The notes beneath the pieces are model-generated. The model saw only the letters and a list, made by a program, of their open reading frames with translations. It was not told the DNA's origin and did not search any database. Position numbers and translations under genes: made by a program. From the NCBI GenBank assembly GCA_037447605.1, contig CM074805.1, forward strand, positions 2,079,361-2,143,360: a stretch of 64,000 bases of DNA, given 5' to 3'. Below are positions 36,086-49,960 of the stretch, one piece after another (the first letter of the stretch is position 1; each line of letters starts with the position of its first letter). This stretch comes from Zygnema circumcarinatum SAG 698-1b (lineage: Eukaryota > Plantae > Zygnematophyceae).

Positions 36086-37033
36086 TGCCGCCTCGTTCTC
36101 TCTACCGTAATACAGTAAGTTAACCGAATGGAACAAGTACTGTACACGTGTCGGCCTGTACGGTACTCCTGCCATTACGATCGGCTGGCGGTCGGTCGGT
36201 CGGTCGGTCGGTCGGTCGCTGTCTCTACCGCGCGGCGCCGCCAGCGTGGCGCACCCCGTGCGAGTGTGACGGAGCATGGACACGTGGGCGGCGTCCATCA
36301 TTGGCCGCTGCCCAGCGCCTGGCCACCCGCCCGCCCCCGTCCTCGAGAGCGGGGAGGGAGGGAGGGACTCGGGGAGGGCGAGGCGCGGCGCAGGCAGCGG
36401 AGCAAAACCTTTTCGTGCCGGACGCATTGCACGGCGGACCATGTTTGCTAATATTGTTGCGCGTGTGTGCTACAATGAAGCAGCGCCGCGACGCGATTTC
36501 TGCAAATGATTAATAAATCGCACAAATTCCGGAAACCGGAGTGATGCTGACTCGGACGCAAAATGTGTTCCCGGCGCTGCCTGGCGCCCTCCCTCCCTCC
36601 CTCCCTCCCTGCTTACGTGGCCCGCTTGGCCGCGCTGAGCTGGCCGCGCATGACTCTCCTTCCCGCGGCGCGGGGGGGCGGAGGCTGACGCGGCGCTGCG
36701 GGCCGGGCCCTCCGCGCTGACTCAGCGCCGCGCCGGCCGCCCACGCGCGGCGACCTGCATGGAGCGCCCCGTTCCGTGCTGAAACCAGCGTGATCCGTCG
36801 GAGGCCACGCGGATCTAGCATAGATCGCAGGGCGACAGCGAAAGCCGCTCGGCGCCCGCCCCTGCCTCTCGCGCTCTCTCTCTCTGTGCAGGAATGCAGC
36901 GCGTCCCATTCCCCTGCATGCTTGCGCGCTTGCTTTCGGGCTGGCCAGCAGGAAACTCAGGGGACTAGCTTCCTGTGTCCATTGCTTGAAAAGGCTCAGC
37001 TCACACGCTGCGCTCTTCCTTTTTGCTGGAAAA

Positions 37034-40000
37034 ATGTACTCTCTGAACAGAGCGGGCCGGCATGCAGCTCAGAAGACCAGTGCCGCGCTGCTGCTCTCTG
37101 TGCGAAATTTCAGGGCCGTGAGTGCAAATACAGATAATGTGCTACAGCGCACAGCTGAATTCGTGAACGAGGGGGCGAGAAGCTTTCAGACTGAAGGAAA
37201 ACCTTGGCACTTGTTTGGCAAGCGAAGAATCTCTGTGAAGAGGGCCGGTGGAGAGGTGATTGTCACTGAGAAAGAGGTATTCACTTCACACCTTATTGAA
37301 TGAGCTCTAATGCTTCCAATACTATTCGCAGATTCTGCTGTTTTACCTTCTTCTTGAAGTGAAGCTAGCAAATGAAAAGTCACTTATGCGCTGAAAGCGT
37401 TGATATTCGTTTAGGATATTCCTGCTTGATACGCTGGAACCAATGTTAATAATTGTTCTGTTGGCCTTTTCCGTCACCTTCATTGCGCCTGCTTTGAAGA
37501 AAGGATCAAGCTGAGCTGTTTAGCTACACTTCAGCGGCAATTTTTTTCTGCCCTCCTTTTCAGTCTTGGAATAAATCCTGGCAGTTTTTTTTAGCACTTA
37601 CGCAGCAAATTACATGTCGTCCCCTCGCAACTTTTTGACAAAAAATAAACATGATGGGGCATTCATATAAGATAGTCGCATTTTGTGCGAGTAAAAGGGT
37701 ATTTATTCACAGCAGTCTTTCTAATCTTGTGTTCGTTAGTACACTGTATCATGAGTTTATTGTAAATCAGAGGCTGGGTCACTCCTGGGAAGTGCATGCG
37801 TGCAGGTATGGATGCAAACATGAAAAATTACATTTGTTCACTCCGCGTTTGTTTTTAGAGTTATTCTTTTATTCTGACTGGGAATCGGTTCCCCTTCCTT
37901 TCCCAGATTAAATTAATATTAAGTGAAATTATGTACACCTTTTAGTCTTGTCACTGACAGTTTTCCTTTTCAAGATGGGATAAGTATCTGGAAAATCTCG
38001 TAATTGTTTTGGCTGTTGTGTATGTTCTTATGTTTTTTGCCGCTTGTAGATGAACAGCGGCACTTGTGAATTAATTTGCTTTTTCCTACCAAACACTCTT
38101 TATCGTATGTAAAGTATTCGTCTGCGTGACTCATGGTTCTCACGCCTACGTTAGGTGCTACCTTCTTCTTTCATAGCTCGTCACCCAGCTTAGAAGCTTC
38201 TCTCGGGTGTTGTTGATGCTTGGAAGTTCAACTTATGCAATAACCTGTCTATATCAGTTTGCAAATATGCGGTTTTTTGCCCAGATTATAACGTGCCTTT
38301 AATCGCAAATGCAAGTGATATGTTATGGTTGAAGAATGGGTTCCCAGCTTTACTCATTTGCTGCGTTGTTTGCCAGATGTGCCTCACAATATTCTCCGTG
38401 TAGGTATGCCCAATAGCACGACAAAGTTAAGGGTGGTTTCCCCTGAGTGATATAGAAAAGTTTGTTTATTATTTGACGTGTCAAAGTGAATGCTTACTTT
38501 ATAAAGTGGGGGATAGACATTGGGACATAGGCTCTTGAAACTCTTGGGACCTAGACATGGACTCTTGCTTTTCTCTCGTGTCACCCACTCTATAGCCCAT
38601 CCACCTCTCCATAGTTGTATGCATACCGAAAGAGCAGCGTCCGTTGAGACACGACGGTTGCATGTGCATGACTTACAATCAGTGGGCATGAGCAGTTGCA
38701 AAGCAAAATGGGCTTTTTTGACATTTTTAACATGAAAGAGTGTTATCTTTCCCCTTTGACGCGGTTGATGTTTCAAGATAATTCATTTTTGAAATGTCAA
38801 ATGCTTACACAAGGACTTGACTGGGAACAGGAAAAACCGTTCTCAAAGATTTTGGTGGCGAATAGAGGAGAGATCGCCTGCCGAATTATGCGGACGGCAA
38901 AGCGACTGGGAATTCGGACTGTAGCGGTTTACTCGGAGCCAGATGCAGAGAGTTGCCATGTACGAATGGCCGATGAGGCTGTGTGCGTGGTAAAGGCTCT
39001 CGTCCATCAACTTTTCCATGTTGACTCCGGGAGTTGTTTTCTTTCCCTGAAGAAACAGCACTGAGCAATTGGTTGTGAGCAAGGTAAATGAACACACACA
39101 AGTAGCAATTGTTAGCGTTGAACTGGCAAGTGCAGAACAAACATGTGTAATAGCATAAAGCTGATTGCCTTTATTGTTGACGTATCGCTGAGCTGCAGGG
39201 TCCTGCAGCCTCGTCGAAAAGCTATCTCAACATGGAGGCCATTCTTCACGCTGTCAAGTCGACCGGTGCTGAAGCGGTAAAGCTTACTTTTATGCACAGA
39301 CTGCCGTTTTGCTCAATGCCGTGTAGAATTGAGACAGCAGCAGAGGTCTGGGACATCACAGAGAGAACTTAGCAAACTTGTAAGGGTAACTAAATCATTT
39401 CATTGGAATTTCTCGCGGTGCTTTTGCCAACATATATTGAAATGGGTCATGTGCTCTTTAGTTCTAGACAGTGATAGCCAATTGAAAAAAACGGCTTATA
39501 TCGGAAGCAAGTGTTATCATCGTGGTTGGCTGACCTTTCTTGAGCGCATTAGAAATTCGTTTTCCAATTGACACTGCTTCTGAAACTCGCAGCAGACTTT
39601 TTGTGAATTTTAGAAGCCTTAAAGAGTAAGGAACGTTGAAGTGAGCCAGTTATTGCCCAGCGCTTTGAGTCTAATATGACATGCATCCACCCCAGCGAGC
39701 GATTTTCAGATACCAGCTTGATTTGAGCTTTGTTTGGCTTTTTGACCTCCCAAGAAGGGCTCACGTCCTCCAAAGCAAGAGATACATTGTTAATTCGTCT
39801 CTTCAATGTTCAGCAGTTTAGATTACTTCATCCGGCGACCTGGCCGACCACCTAGTGACCTGGCGACCTTTTGCACGTAGTAATGCTGAACTTGGGGCTT
39901 GATTCATTACGTCAGCAGTGTGTGTTAAGAGTGAGGAAAAGTCTCTCTCTATCTCTTTAAGAATCATCCTGCTTGTCTTCAAGCTAATCGAGGCTAGATG

Positions 40001-43000
40001 GCTTTGATTTTTAAAACCGTTGCAAGCCTGGGCTGTCATGGCTCTTTCTGAAGCCTTGCGTTTGCCTTTCAGGTCCACCCCGGATATGGGTTTCTCTCAG
40101 AAAATGCAGCTTTTGTCACAGAGCTAGAAGAAGCAGGTGTTGCTTTCATCGGCCCCTCGGCTTCAGCCATGGCTGCCATGGGAGACAAGGTACGACTGAG
40201 CATTTACCACTCTAAAGCCTACGGATGTGACCATTGTATTACGATGATCTTTCGCCTATCAAAACTACGTTGCTGAAACGAAGACTTGTGTCCACTTTAA
40301 TACCATTCACATGAGATGCCGGAGCTCTGCTTATGGCTATCGTCCAGCAGCATACTTGAACTTAGTGACCGTGCATGAATGTACGCTCGTTTTCTCTCAA
40401 CCCCTGGTTGCTCCGGTCCAATTATATCAACTGTGATGTGTTATTTGTGCCACAGATTGAGAGCAAGAAACTGGCCATGAATGCCGGCGTCAACACCATC
40501 CCGGGCTGTGCAGATGTCATTTCCGATGAAGATCACGCGGCAAAAGTTGGTCAGTAAAACCAGCACATATACCGGAAAGAGCGTCAGCTTTTCGAGCTTT
40601 GGGACTTTTTCAAGTGCAAGTGCTTGACGGCGGAAGTCCTTGAGAAAAGGGGGCTGACTGCTGATCAGGTTGCAGAAAAAATGAATGTGATAGCATGTCT
40701 TCTCTCACCACGATTTCATTATAGGGAATTATGCAATGGGTTAAGCTAGTAACGAGCAGCGGGACTTTGCCTAAAGGTTGGCCTAAGCATGGGAGAGGCG
40801 TGCAGCTGGAGAGGTGGGCTATCCTGTCATGATCAAAGCTTCTGCGGGTGGAGGCGGCAAAGGAATGAGGATTGCATGGTGGGTGTAGATCATCATGAGC
40901 CCTTTGAGCCAGGCACAGAGTTTTGCCTTTTCAATAATCTCAACATACAGATTCAACTTTATGAATTACGTCCAACTTTTACCAGTGTACGGTGTAGATT
41001 GAGAAACCCTGTTTGCATTGACTGTAGATCCATCTCTATTAAGAGCTCATTGGCCGCTCTGGCGCCTCTCTGACTTCATGACTAGCCAGTTAATCCACTT
41101 TAATGCAAAAACCCCGTCCCTGTTGGGATATTTGCAAGCAAAGATGATAGTTGATATATGAATCTGGACATCGCAAAGATATGCCTTCTGTGGCAAACCA
41201 TTCACATTCTGGGTTTCGGATAACAATGGATACAGTTCTCCCGTTGTTTTCCGCAGTTACCTTTCTGCCCCTCTGAGCTTTATTACAGTTTTGTACTGGC
41301 TGTAAGTGACCGACTCCCTCTGCAATGCAGGAACGAAGCCGAGGTGCGAGAGGCCTTCAGACTGTGCACTGCGGAAGCCATCTCAAGTTTTGGCGATGGC
41401 CGTATGTTCATTGAAAAGTGAGTTGTTGGCCGTAAGAGAAGGTCTTCAAACTTTATCAAGGCATATGTGACACATGGCTTGAAGCAAAGCAGTCTATGTG
41501 GGATCGCCGAATTGGAGAGCTCCGGCCTTTTAAAGAAGCGGTTTCACATGTTTCATGGGCTGCAGGTTTATAGAGCAGCCGCGACATATCGAGATCCAGA
41601 TTTTGGGAGATAAACATGGCAATGTGGTATGCACATTAAGCCTCGCTTATCTAAAGGGATGTGAGTACAGTACGCAATTTCTATGCCGTAAGCTGTTCGA
41701 TTTCATGATTGATTTGATTTTTTGGTTTCACTGGTGAGCCAGCAAAAGCATTCAGCTAGAAACTCGTTTCTTCCATCCGAGGAGCCACTTGACACGCTAT
41801 CATTCTTTGGGGACACTCTCAGGTGTATCTTCCTGAACGAGAATGTTCCATCCAACGTCGCAATCAAAAAGTGAGTGACTGCATGCATGGCTTCCTTTCT
41901 GATTTCTGTTCTGCAGTTCTCGAAGTAGATGATTCGTTTTCTGACATTATGTTCTTGATGCAGCTAGAAAGAAAAAGCAGGTTAGCTATGTGCTGAAAGC
42001 ATATAAGCACGAAGCTATCTCCAAGTTAAGATTTTCCATCTCTTTTGTAGAGTATAAGATAACAAAGCGGATTCAGATTAAGATAGATTCCTCTCTTCCT
42101 CTCCTGCTCCCTCGCCCTCCCCATCTCCCATTCCTCGCCCTCCCCCTTCCTCTCTCTCCCCCTCCCCCTCTCGCCAGGGAGAGAGAGTGGGAGAGAACGA
42201 GAGAGGAGTCTATCTTAATCTTAATCCGCTTTGTTATCTTACTCTCTATAAAAGACACAGTGACACAGTGCGCAGTGCACAGTGCTGCAGAGTTCCCTCC
42301 AGCATGAGTTATGACATGGCCTGACACGCATGCGCTTCATGCATGCAGGTGATAGAGGAAGCCCCCAGCACATTTTTGAATCCAGAGACTCGCAGAGCCA
42401 TGGGCGAGCAAGCAGTCGCCCTCGCCCAAGCGGTGGGCTACAGCTCTGCAGGTGCACACTTTCGTAAACCTTTGGAAGATGTGAACACAGATTGAACAGA
42501 CTTTCCTGAATCAGGTATAGCATCTTCGAAGAATAGTTGACCTTTTGAGTGCAGGTGATGATAAGGAAGTGGGGTTGGTTGCGATTGCAGGCACTGTGGA
42601 GTGCCTAGTGGATCGCAATCGTAATTTCTACTTCCTTGAAATGAACACTCGTCTACAGGTAGAGGACTCTTCTGCTCTTGGCTCTGTGGCCCTTCTCTCA
42701 GCTTTGGGAGCTTAATGCTGCTTATTTTACAATCGGATACTAAGGGCTTTACAGCTAGCTTTTGTCAAATTTGAGCATGTTTCGGATGAAGTTAATTTGT
42801 ACAATGCAAGGGTGCGAATAAAGCGTTGCATTACAATCAGTGTGTAGTAGTACTGCCGAAACTTAATTCAAGGCATTGGTTTCGGGGGGGGCAGGTGGAG
42901 CACGCGGTGACGGAGTGCATCACGGGGCTCGATCTTGTTGAGATCATGTTGAGGGTGCGTTCCTTCTTTTTCCTTAAGTAGGATCTTGAATCATGTCTGC

Positions 43001-46000
43001 ATGGGTTGTGATGCTACGGGTTCACACTTGCGGGTTGCTAAGATTTCCTTGTTGAATGAGTAAGTCGAGCTCTTCATGAGTTATCCATCTCCACGCCGTT
43101 CATCCTTAGAGGGCCCAATTTCCTGCTAATGAGGCTATTCATTCTGCCTCAAGGTTGCCCTTCTTCAAAACTGAAGTAGATTGCAGAGGTAGAGTGTGGC
43201 GCAAATGCTTTTATGCCCGCTTGTTTTTGGATAACCACGACTCCTTACGAAGGAGAGCAAATTTGTCGCTTGTGGTGAAGATCAGTTGGTGGTTCTTGGA
43301 AGGAGGGGCTGACAGGTGGCAGCAGGGGAGAAACTTTTGCTTAGCCAAGAGGAGGCTGTCAAGATCCATGGATGGGCATTTGAAAGCCGCGTCTACGCGG
43401 AGCATCCTGGTCGTGGATTTCTTCCGTATGAACAATAACCCCGTTGACAATGATGGTTTCCGGGCGGACCAAAATGCTTTTTTTATGCAGTTCTTAGCAT
43501 TGTTGTGTCCATGACTTGCTGTTGCATAAGCAGGGATGAGCAAGGCTGCCAGCTGTATTGTTCTTGCACAACAAAGCATAGGCATGAATAATGTATATCT
43601 ACTTGCATAGCTGGAAAAAAATGCATTCTATTTGTCCGCGTCAACTCGTTACGCATCTGCCTTCTTTAGAGCCCATTCAGGCGTGACTTTCAAACCTCTA
43701 GCTTTTGTTGATTTGAGTTATCAGCAAGACTGGTTGCAACCCATGATGTTGGCTTGAACTAAAGGTATCGCTACATTTTGCAAGCAGATCCAATGGGCGC
43801 CTAAGTCGCTATCAGGAGCCGAAAGCGAAGAGGCCGGGCGAGGTTGTGCGGTTAGATTCGGGTGTGGAAGAGGGTTCTGACATCAGTATTTACTATGACC
43901 CCTTGATTTCGAAGGTCAGCATACCTCTCTATTTGACATCACAGTCTGGAATATCCCGTCAGTCATCGGTTCATGTGGTTAATGACCACTTTTCCCTTAC
44001 ATTCTCCAGTAGTTGTTATATTGTTGTTTATTGCGCAGTACTCGGTCTATTCTCTTCAGTGGAGTCTAGCATCTCGTGTTCCCTTTGGGTCCTCCTATCT
44101 TTGCCTTGTCTGCCTCACCCTTCCTTCCCTTTGTGCATCGTGCGCCTTCCTTTATCGCCTCCCCTTTCTCCGTCCGCACCTGACATTTTGCTTTTCCTTA
44201 CGGCACCCTTCTGTCCACACGATTGTTCTTACATGCCTCATGTACGTAAAATGATAGTTCTTTTTTCTGCGTGGGCACCTTGGCAGCTGATTACATGGGG
44301 GCCCAATAGAAACGAAGCCGCCAAGTCAATGGAGGTGAGACGACATAACCACCTTTTTGAATTTCTGACGTTGTGAGGACATCTACGTTTGCATGACAAC
44401 CCCACTTTCCTTCTTCTCTCCTGCGTGTTGTACATCACATCTCGTCGCTAGGTTCTCTTTCAGCGATAACACTCCCCAATTTCAATCATATTTCCGCTTC
44501 GAACTCGATCAGTGATCAGTGGCCTAATCTGTCAAGTGAGAAGAGTTTGACTTGCATAAACCTCAAAACTCTCAGCTATGGCGGTTGGTGGGGGTGTAAT
44601 TCACAATGCAGCTCGCTTTGGACCGCTATGTGGTGGAAGGCCTCAGCCACAACGTTCAGTTCCTGCGCACCGTTATGGCCCTTCCGGTGAGCCCCTTTTT
44701 GTGCTGCGTTTTGCAACCTCTGCTTCTCTGCTCCTACCATCCATGCAGCTTTGAGGGAAGGTGTCCGAGTCAATGGAGTCCAACGCCATGGAAATGCCAT
44801 GTTCGCTGCTTTGAACTCTGGTCGATGGCTGCAAACGGTCTAGATCAAATTTCACTATGAAGAGAGAGACGCTCCTGTATGCTCCGAGGATGGAGATAAT
44901 GGTGCTATGGGCTGTTGCGCAGGACTTTGTGGCAGGAAATATCTCCACAAAGTTCCTGAAGGAGCACTACCCTGATGGATGGCATGACAGCCTCTCTGCC
45001 CTCCAGCAGGTGACTACCCCTGTTCTTCCGTCTATCCCCTTTTTCCGAAATGCCTTGTTGTTTTCCTTAAGCACCAATTGATGCGTTGCATTTATAGCCG
45101 AGAGCAAGCAGCGCTCATCCTGCTTGCCCCTCCCGTTCGCAGAAGGAGCTTGTGGCCATGGCGGCTCTCATCTACCTCGCGAGTGATCAGAGAGCCGCCT
45201 CCCTCACGCCATCACTGGGCAAGAAGCCAATCCCAGAGGAGCTCATTGTCTCAGTGGACGGACAAGATGAAATGGTGAAACTGACACCTGGCAGCAGCTT
45301 GTCATCCGATGGCTCCGGGCTCACAGCTGTAAGACCCTCTTTCTGCTCTCCTTCATACTTTCGGTCACTGCGAACTTCAGATTGTCAGTTCTCTGTCGCT
45401 AATTGTAATTGTGATTATTTCCTTCAGATTTATTATCATCTGTAAGTCAATATTACGAAAGCGTCATACGCCCCATGGTTGGAAGTCCTCACGTTGGTTG
45501 CAGAACGTGGACTGCCGTATTGAATGGACGGAACAGTTGGCATAGTAAAACAAGAACGCTCTCATATGGCACGATAACCAAACTGGCAGAAAATGAAGGA
45601 ACTACTGACATTCCTTTGCAGAGAGCTGTCCTCGCTACAAACAAGCTCAGAGGGTAAGGGATAGTAATAGAATTAGATGAGAGAAGGCTGCTTCTAAGAC
45701 AAGACTCGAATCCTGTCACGACTGGGCACCCTTCGGCCTCTCCCTCTCACTTCACGCTCGGCTTGCAGCATTTTGAAGCTGTTTGTTTGATGAGCATGTC
45801 TGGTTTGGGCCGCTGTAGGAGGTGGAAGTGGGAGGGGAATTCTTCAAAGTCAGCGCTCCCGAAGCACTACCCGGCGGCCTTGGAGTGGTGGAGGCCCGGC
45901 TCAATGGTGAAGATGCGATTTGCCAGATATTGAAGCGAATGCCGCGAAGTTACAGACTGGTCTACGCTGGTGCAACGGTGAGAAAGCTTGAGCCGACTTT

Positions 46001-47154
46001 AAGAACTGGCCATGCGTGGTCAAAGGCGCCTTATACTTCGTATTAACATTTCTTGGGCCTTGTTCAGTCCTTTTCTGTGCAAATCAGTATGAACGGTGAG
46101 GTTGTATAAATGAACCCGTGACCTAGGAAATGTTAATGACTGCTTTCTTTCCCCCTGAAGGAAGTTTTTGGTATTTATTCTCAGCCGTACATGTCGAGGA
46201 GATGGGTTTGCAGAGGGACGTTGCCGTAAGGAGAAAGGAACTTGCAGAACTAGAAAAGTACATGCCACCGCCACATGTGCAGGACTTCACTAAGGTCTGC
46301 ATTCTTGCCCTCACTTCGATTTCCAACCCTTTGCCACTACTTAGATAACTTACCTTACTCGTCTTTATTGCATCTCTCGCAGTCGTTTTGCGTTCTGTAT
46401 TCTCTGCTAGGTTTTGTTCCAGCCGCCTTTGGCACTAATGATAAGTCTTTTGCAAGGTCTGTTGCAGATCGATATGTATTCTTTCTTTCAGACAGCAGGA
46501 GACTTTGGTATCTCTATTCACAAAGGCGAAGGAGCTTTTGTTACTCGCCAATGTCTATTCAAAGAATAGACACGTTTAGGAGCATGTGTGCATGCGTGCA
46601 TGTGTGCATGCGATTGTGCATCTCCTTGATTTTTAGCTCAAGAAGAAAGGAAACCCTTCATGCATTAGCTGCGGGGTTGTCTTGTGAATAGGCTAATCCT
46701 GACCGAAAACTGTTTCCGCTGTTCTGATGCGGCGCGTGCCTGATTGGATGGAAGCAGATGCTGAGGTCTCCAATGCCGGGGGCACTTGTGTCAGTCGCAG
46801 TCACTCCTGGGCAAGAGGTGTGCGCTTCCTCCCCTGTCGTCCTCCTCTCATGTGACAGCGTTGCAACTGCAAATTGAAGATGGCCATTTTGGCGCCATAG
46901 TTCTTAATGTCCTTGAGTCGCCACGGACTGGACTCTGCACTCCCCTTCTCCGGGGAGCGAAAGATAGCGCCCAGACCTTCCTCACTTGTTCAAACATTTT
47001 TTCGCAGGTGATGCCAGGAGACGAGTTGGCAGTGGTGGAGGCCATGAAGATGCAGAACGTGTTGAGAGCGGAGGCTCCCGGAAAGGTAAAAGCGGTTCGG
47101 GCAAAGGCTGGGGCCACGCTCGCCGTAGATGAGGTCATTCTCGAATTTGAGTGA
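37034..47154 (+). CDS. PCCA: Propionyl-CoA carboxylase alpha subunit (biotin carboxylase plus biotinyl domain), probably mitochondrial; about 23 exons
   Basis: [137 protein letters not shown], and the biotin motif EAMKMQN (PCC-type; MCCA has EAMKMEH). Arg/Ala/Ser-rich N-terminal presequence. First-exon boundaries uncertain. Confidence 0.9.
42041..42255 (+). ncRNA. Long intronic hairpin, pre-miRNA-like (or foldback MITE)
   Basis: 56-nt arms 42041-42096 and 42200-42255: 51 Watson-Crick pairs, 2 G:U, 3 mismatches. The pyrimidine-then-purine interior can extend the stem. Confidence 0.5.
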
Positions 47155-48077
47155 ATTTCAAGCTAATTATCTTGCGTTAATTTTGCATTAATTCAAAAAA
47201 AGGTCCCGAATGCGAGGCCAGGCGGAAGAAGATCATAGCTCTAGTCAGTCCCCCTATAGCGTCTCCATGTGCATGTCCGCGATAATGTTAATGTATCAAA
47301 TTGTTAGATGAAATTGAGGAAATTGCGACAGGCTCTCAAAGATTCGCAGTGATATGAAGCCACGAAATCGAGCTGGATGAAAACATTCCTTCTCGACCTT
47401 TTTATGGCGGAAATTTTAACCAGCAGCATTCGAAAGTAGATCAGAAGCTCGGAAACTAAATTCTGGAACATGATTCGTTTACCGCACGACTATGGCCATT
47501 CGGAGTTAAGTGTTGTAAATTGCAAGCCTTCATCGGAGTGGTTCGCGGCATACATAGGAGCACTGTGCCTTTTGGGCGCATTAAAGAAACGAAAAAAGCC
47601 ACTCTCGTATGGCACATACAGGCGTTGACCGTCTCAGAGACGCATCGCAAATACTATGGCGGCCGACTAAACGACTTCCCTAAAAGGGGCATGAGGGGCC
47701 TACGATAAAGTGGCAACCCGCTGACACACATATAAGTACCGTAATATGCGAAAAGGTGCTCCTATGACCCGAGGGAGCCCGCGTAGAGAAGAGCAGTGAA
47801 CAAGTACAAGAATGATTTCAACGAGCCATCCTTGATTGCCAATTCACCTTGTTTATCTTACAATCCTGAGCTGCACAATGGTTGTGCTGTAATGACAGAC
47901 GTTACACGACTGCTGCTTCCCTATTCTAAAAAGCTGCTACTTTACCTCGCCGTAATCTACATAAAACACAGAAAAAAACTGTAAACCTTGGAGAACTCGC
48001 ATGCAATTGGATTGCATGAATGAGCCTCCAGCTATTCCCACCCTCAAACGACGCAAAACTGTACGTCGACAACTTTT

Positions 48078-49160
48078 CTAAGCGCTTTCCTCAGTGCAGT
48101 CCGGCATGAATGCGGCAATCTCCATCGCTCGAAGGTCCGGTAAGCTCGAAATCGCAGCATCCAACGTGGGGTCTAAGGAACGGCTGCTGTCTTTCGAAGT
48201 CACCCTGAGCCTGATAGACAACTTCTCCAGCCTTGTACAACAACTTATTACGTCCACAAGTGTGGGATTGGGATCCACTGCTGCTGCAGGCCGCCAACGA
48301 AGGTCGAGCTCACGCAAATCACGACAATCTGCGGCCTCTCTTATTTCCTCCATTCGCAAGTGACTCCAAGAAAGCACTTGCAAGCGCTTGAGACGCCTGC
48401 ATGATCCCAAGGAATGGAGGTCCAGCCTCAGTTTGCAATCCTCAATTGTGAGGGTCCGCAAGTGCATGCAGCTGGCGAACAGAGGAGCTGAGACTTGTCC
48501 GCATAGCGGCGAATAATAGTCTTCCAAGCCCGCGAGCTTTAGTTCCCGAAGGTGCTCCATTTGAGAACAAGCTGTGCTGAGAGCTGCCCATCCATCTGCA
48601 CCAAGATCGAATAGGCCAGGCCCCCAGCCTGCCTCGCCATAACTGAAAACGAGATGCAGCGTCCGCAGCTTTCTAAAGTGGCCGAGCACTGCAAGCCCTG
48701 CCTGTGTGAGGCAATCGTGAGGCCAAAAGTCAGATTGAACAAGAAACAGTTCACGCAAATCCCTTTGTCTTGATGGAAAATTAGTCGCCAGCAGGATCAA
48801 GTCAGGGTCCAAGATCGTATTCACTCTCCTCAAAGTCTCCTCCGTATCCTCTTCACCGCCAGTGGCGGTACTGAATGTCTGGATAGGGTGAAGACATACG
48901 GACGTTGCTGACGGGAAAATGCTACGAAGGTGGGGTATCAAACTTCTCTCTTGAACTATGATCCGTTTCATGAAACGGCGCCGCACTGATAGAAACTGTT
49001 TGCAAATTAATCCGAACGTCTTTTGAGTCTCCCGATCACTGACAGAAATGCAATGAAAAATGCCTTCCACAACTTCATCGTCTAGATGAGGAATCAATGG
49101 CGCACATGACACGGCGAAGGCATCCATGCTAGCACCCCCGTTCATTTCAGAAGGCGGCAT
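48078..49160 (-). CDS. Intronless F-box-like / leucine-rich-repeat (RNI-like) protein, 360 aa
   Basis: N-terminal LIPHLDDEVVEGIF...TFGLICKQF (F-box-like) followed by LRRs (LRELFL, LRTLHL, LRELKL, LRTLTI, LKRLQV, LRELDL, LEKLSI). Confidence 0.75.
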   Translation of the reverse strand: MPPSEMNGGASMDAFAVSCAPLIPHLDDEVVEGIFHCISVSDRETQKTFGLICKQFLSVRRRFMKRIIVQERSLIPHLRSIFPSATSVCLHPIQTFSTATGGEEDTEETLRRVNTILDPDLILLATNFPSRQRDLRELFLVQSDFWPHDCLTQAGLAVLGHFRKLRTLHLVFSYGEAGWGPGLFDLGADGWAALSTACSQMEHLRELKLAGLEDYYSPLCGQVSAPLFASCMHLRTLTIEDCKLRLDLHSLGSCRRLKRLQVLSWSHLRMEEIREAADCRDLRELDLRWRPAAAVDPNPTLVDVISCCTRLEKLSIRLRVTSKDSSRSLDPTLDAAISSLPDLRAMEIAAFMPDCTEESA

Positions 49161-49789
49161 TTTCCAGTTTCAGGCGGAATTATGAGCCGGTTGAGCAGCC
49201 TGCAAAACTCAGCAATGGCATTAATTTGGTTGTCCGATGGGATTATACGGCGCATCCATAGACAGTGCATTTACGGCCTTAACTTGATTATTACACATTT
49301 CCAAGCAATCAAAAGGAGTGTTCAAAAATCTCACTGCGTGGTTTATCCAAGCCGAAACAACTTTCTTGAAACGCAGAAACGACCTGGTTGAACGGCTTTG
49401 CAGACAATCTCTACGTGTGAGTGCCAAACCATACCGAATCCTTCCGAAATCACCATTTCTTCATATTATTTCTACAAAATTATCATCGTGAAGAACCCAT
49501 GCAGGAGCTCGTGCAGACGCTGCACCGTGCATTGGCAAGCATTTCTGCGCTTCTCGAGAGAGGGCGGCGGCGCGAAGCAGGCGGTGGAAAGGCCGCTTGG
49601 CGGGCGGCCGAGCCTAGGGGCGCGCCGAATTGCTGACGTCCGCCGGTGCCGCAGGATGACGTAGTCCCGGTTTATCATGACGCCACACTGGTTTTCACTG
49701 ACGTCACTCAGTTGCCCCCTTCGGACGATCGCGGCCTCGACGAGCGGAGCCGCAGAGCGGTGTAATGTGGAAGTGAAAATGGAGAGGTG

Positions 49790-49960
49790 GGGGAGGGGAA
49801 AAGGAGGGAGGGTAAAGCAAAAGGAGGGTAAGGAGATTAAAGGAGGAGGAGAGGAGGAAAGAAGGAGAGGAGGAGAGGAGGAGAGGAGAGGAGGAGGAGG
49901 AGGAGGAGGAGGAGAAGGAGGGGGAGGAGGAGGAGGAGGAGGAGGGAAAAGGAGAGAAAG
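49790..49960. repeat. GGA/GA-rich simple repeat
   Basis: Directly read. Confidence 0.9.
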
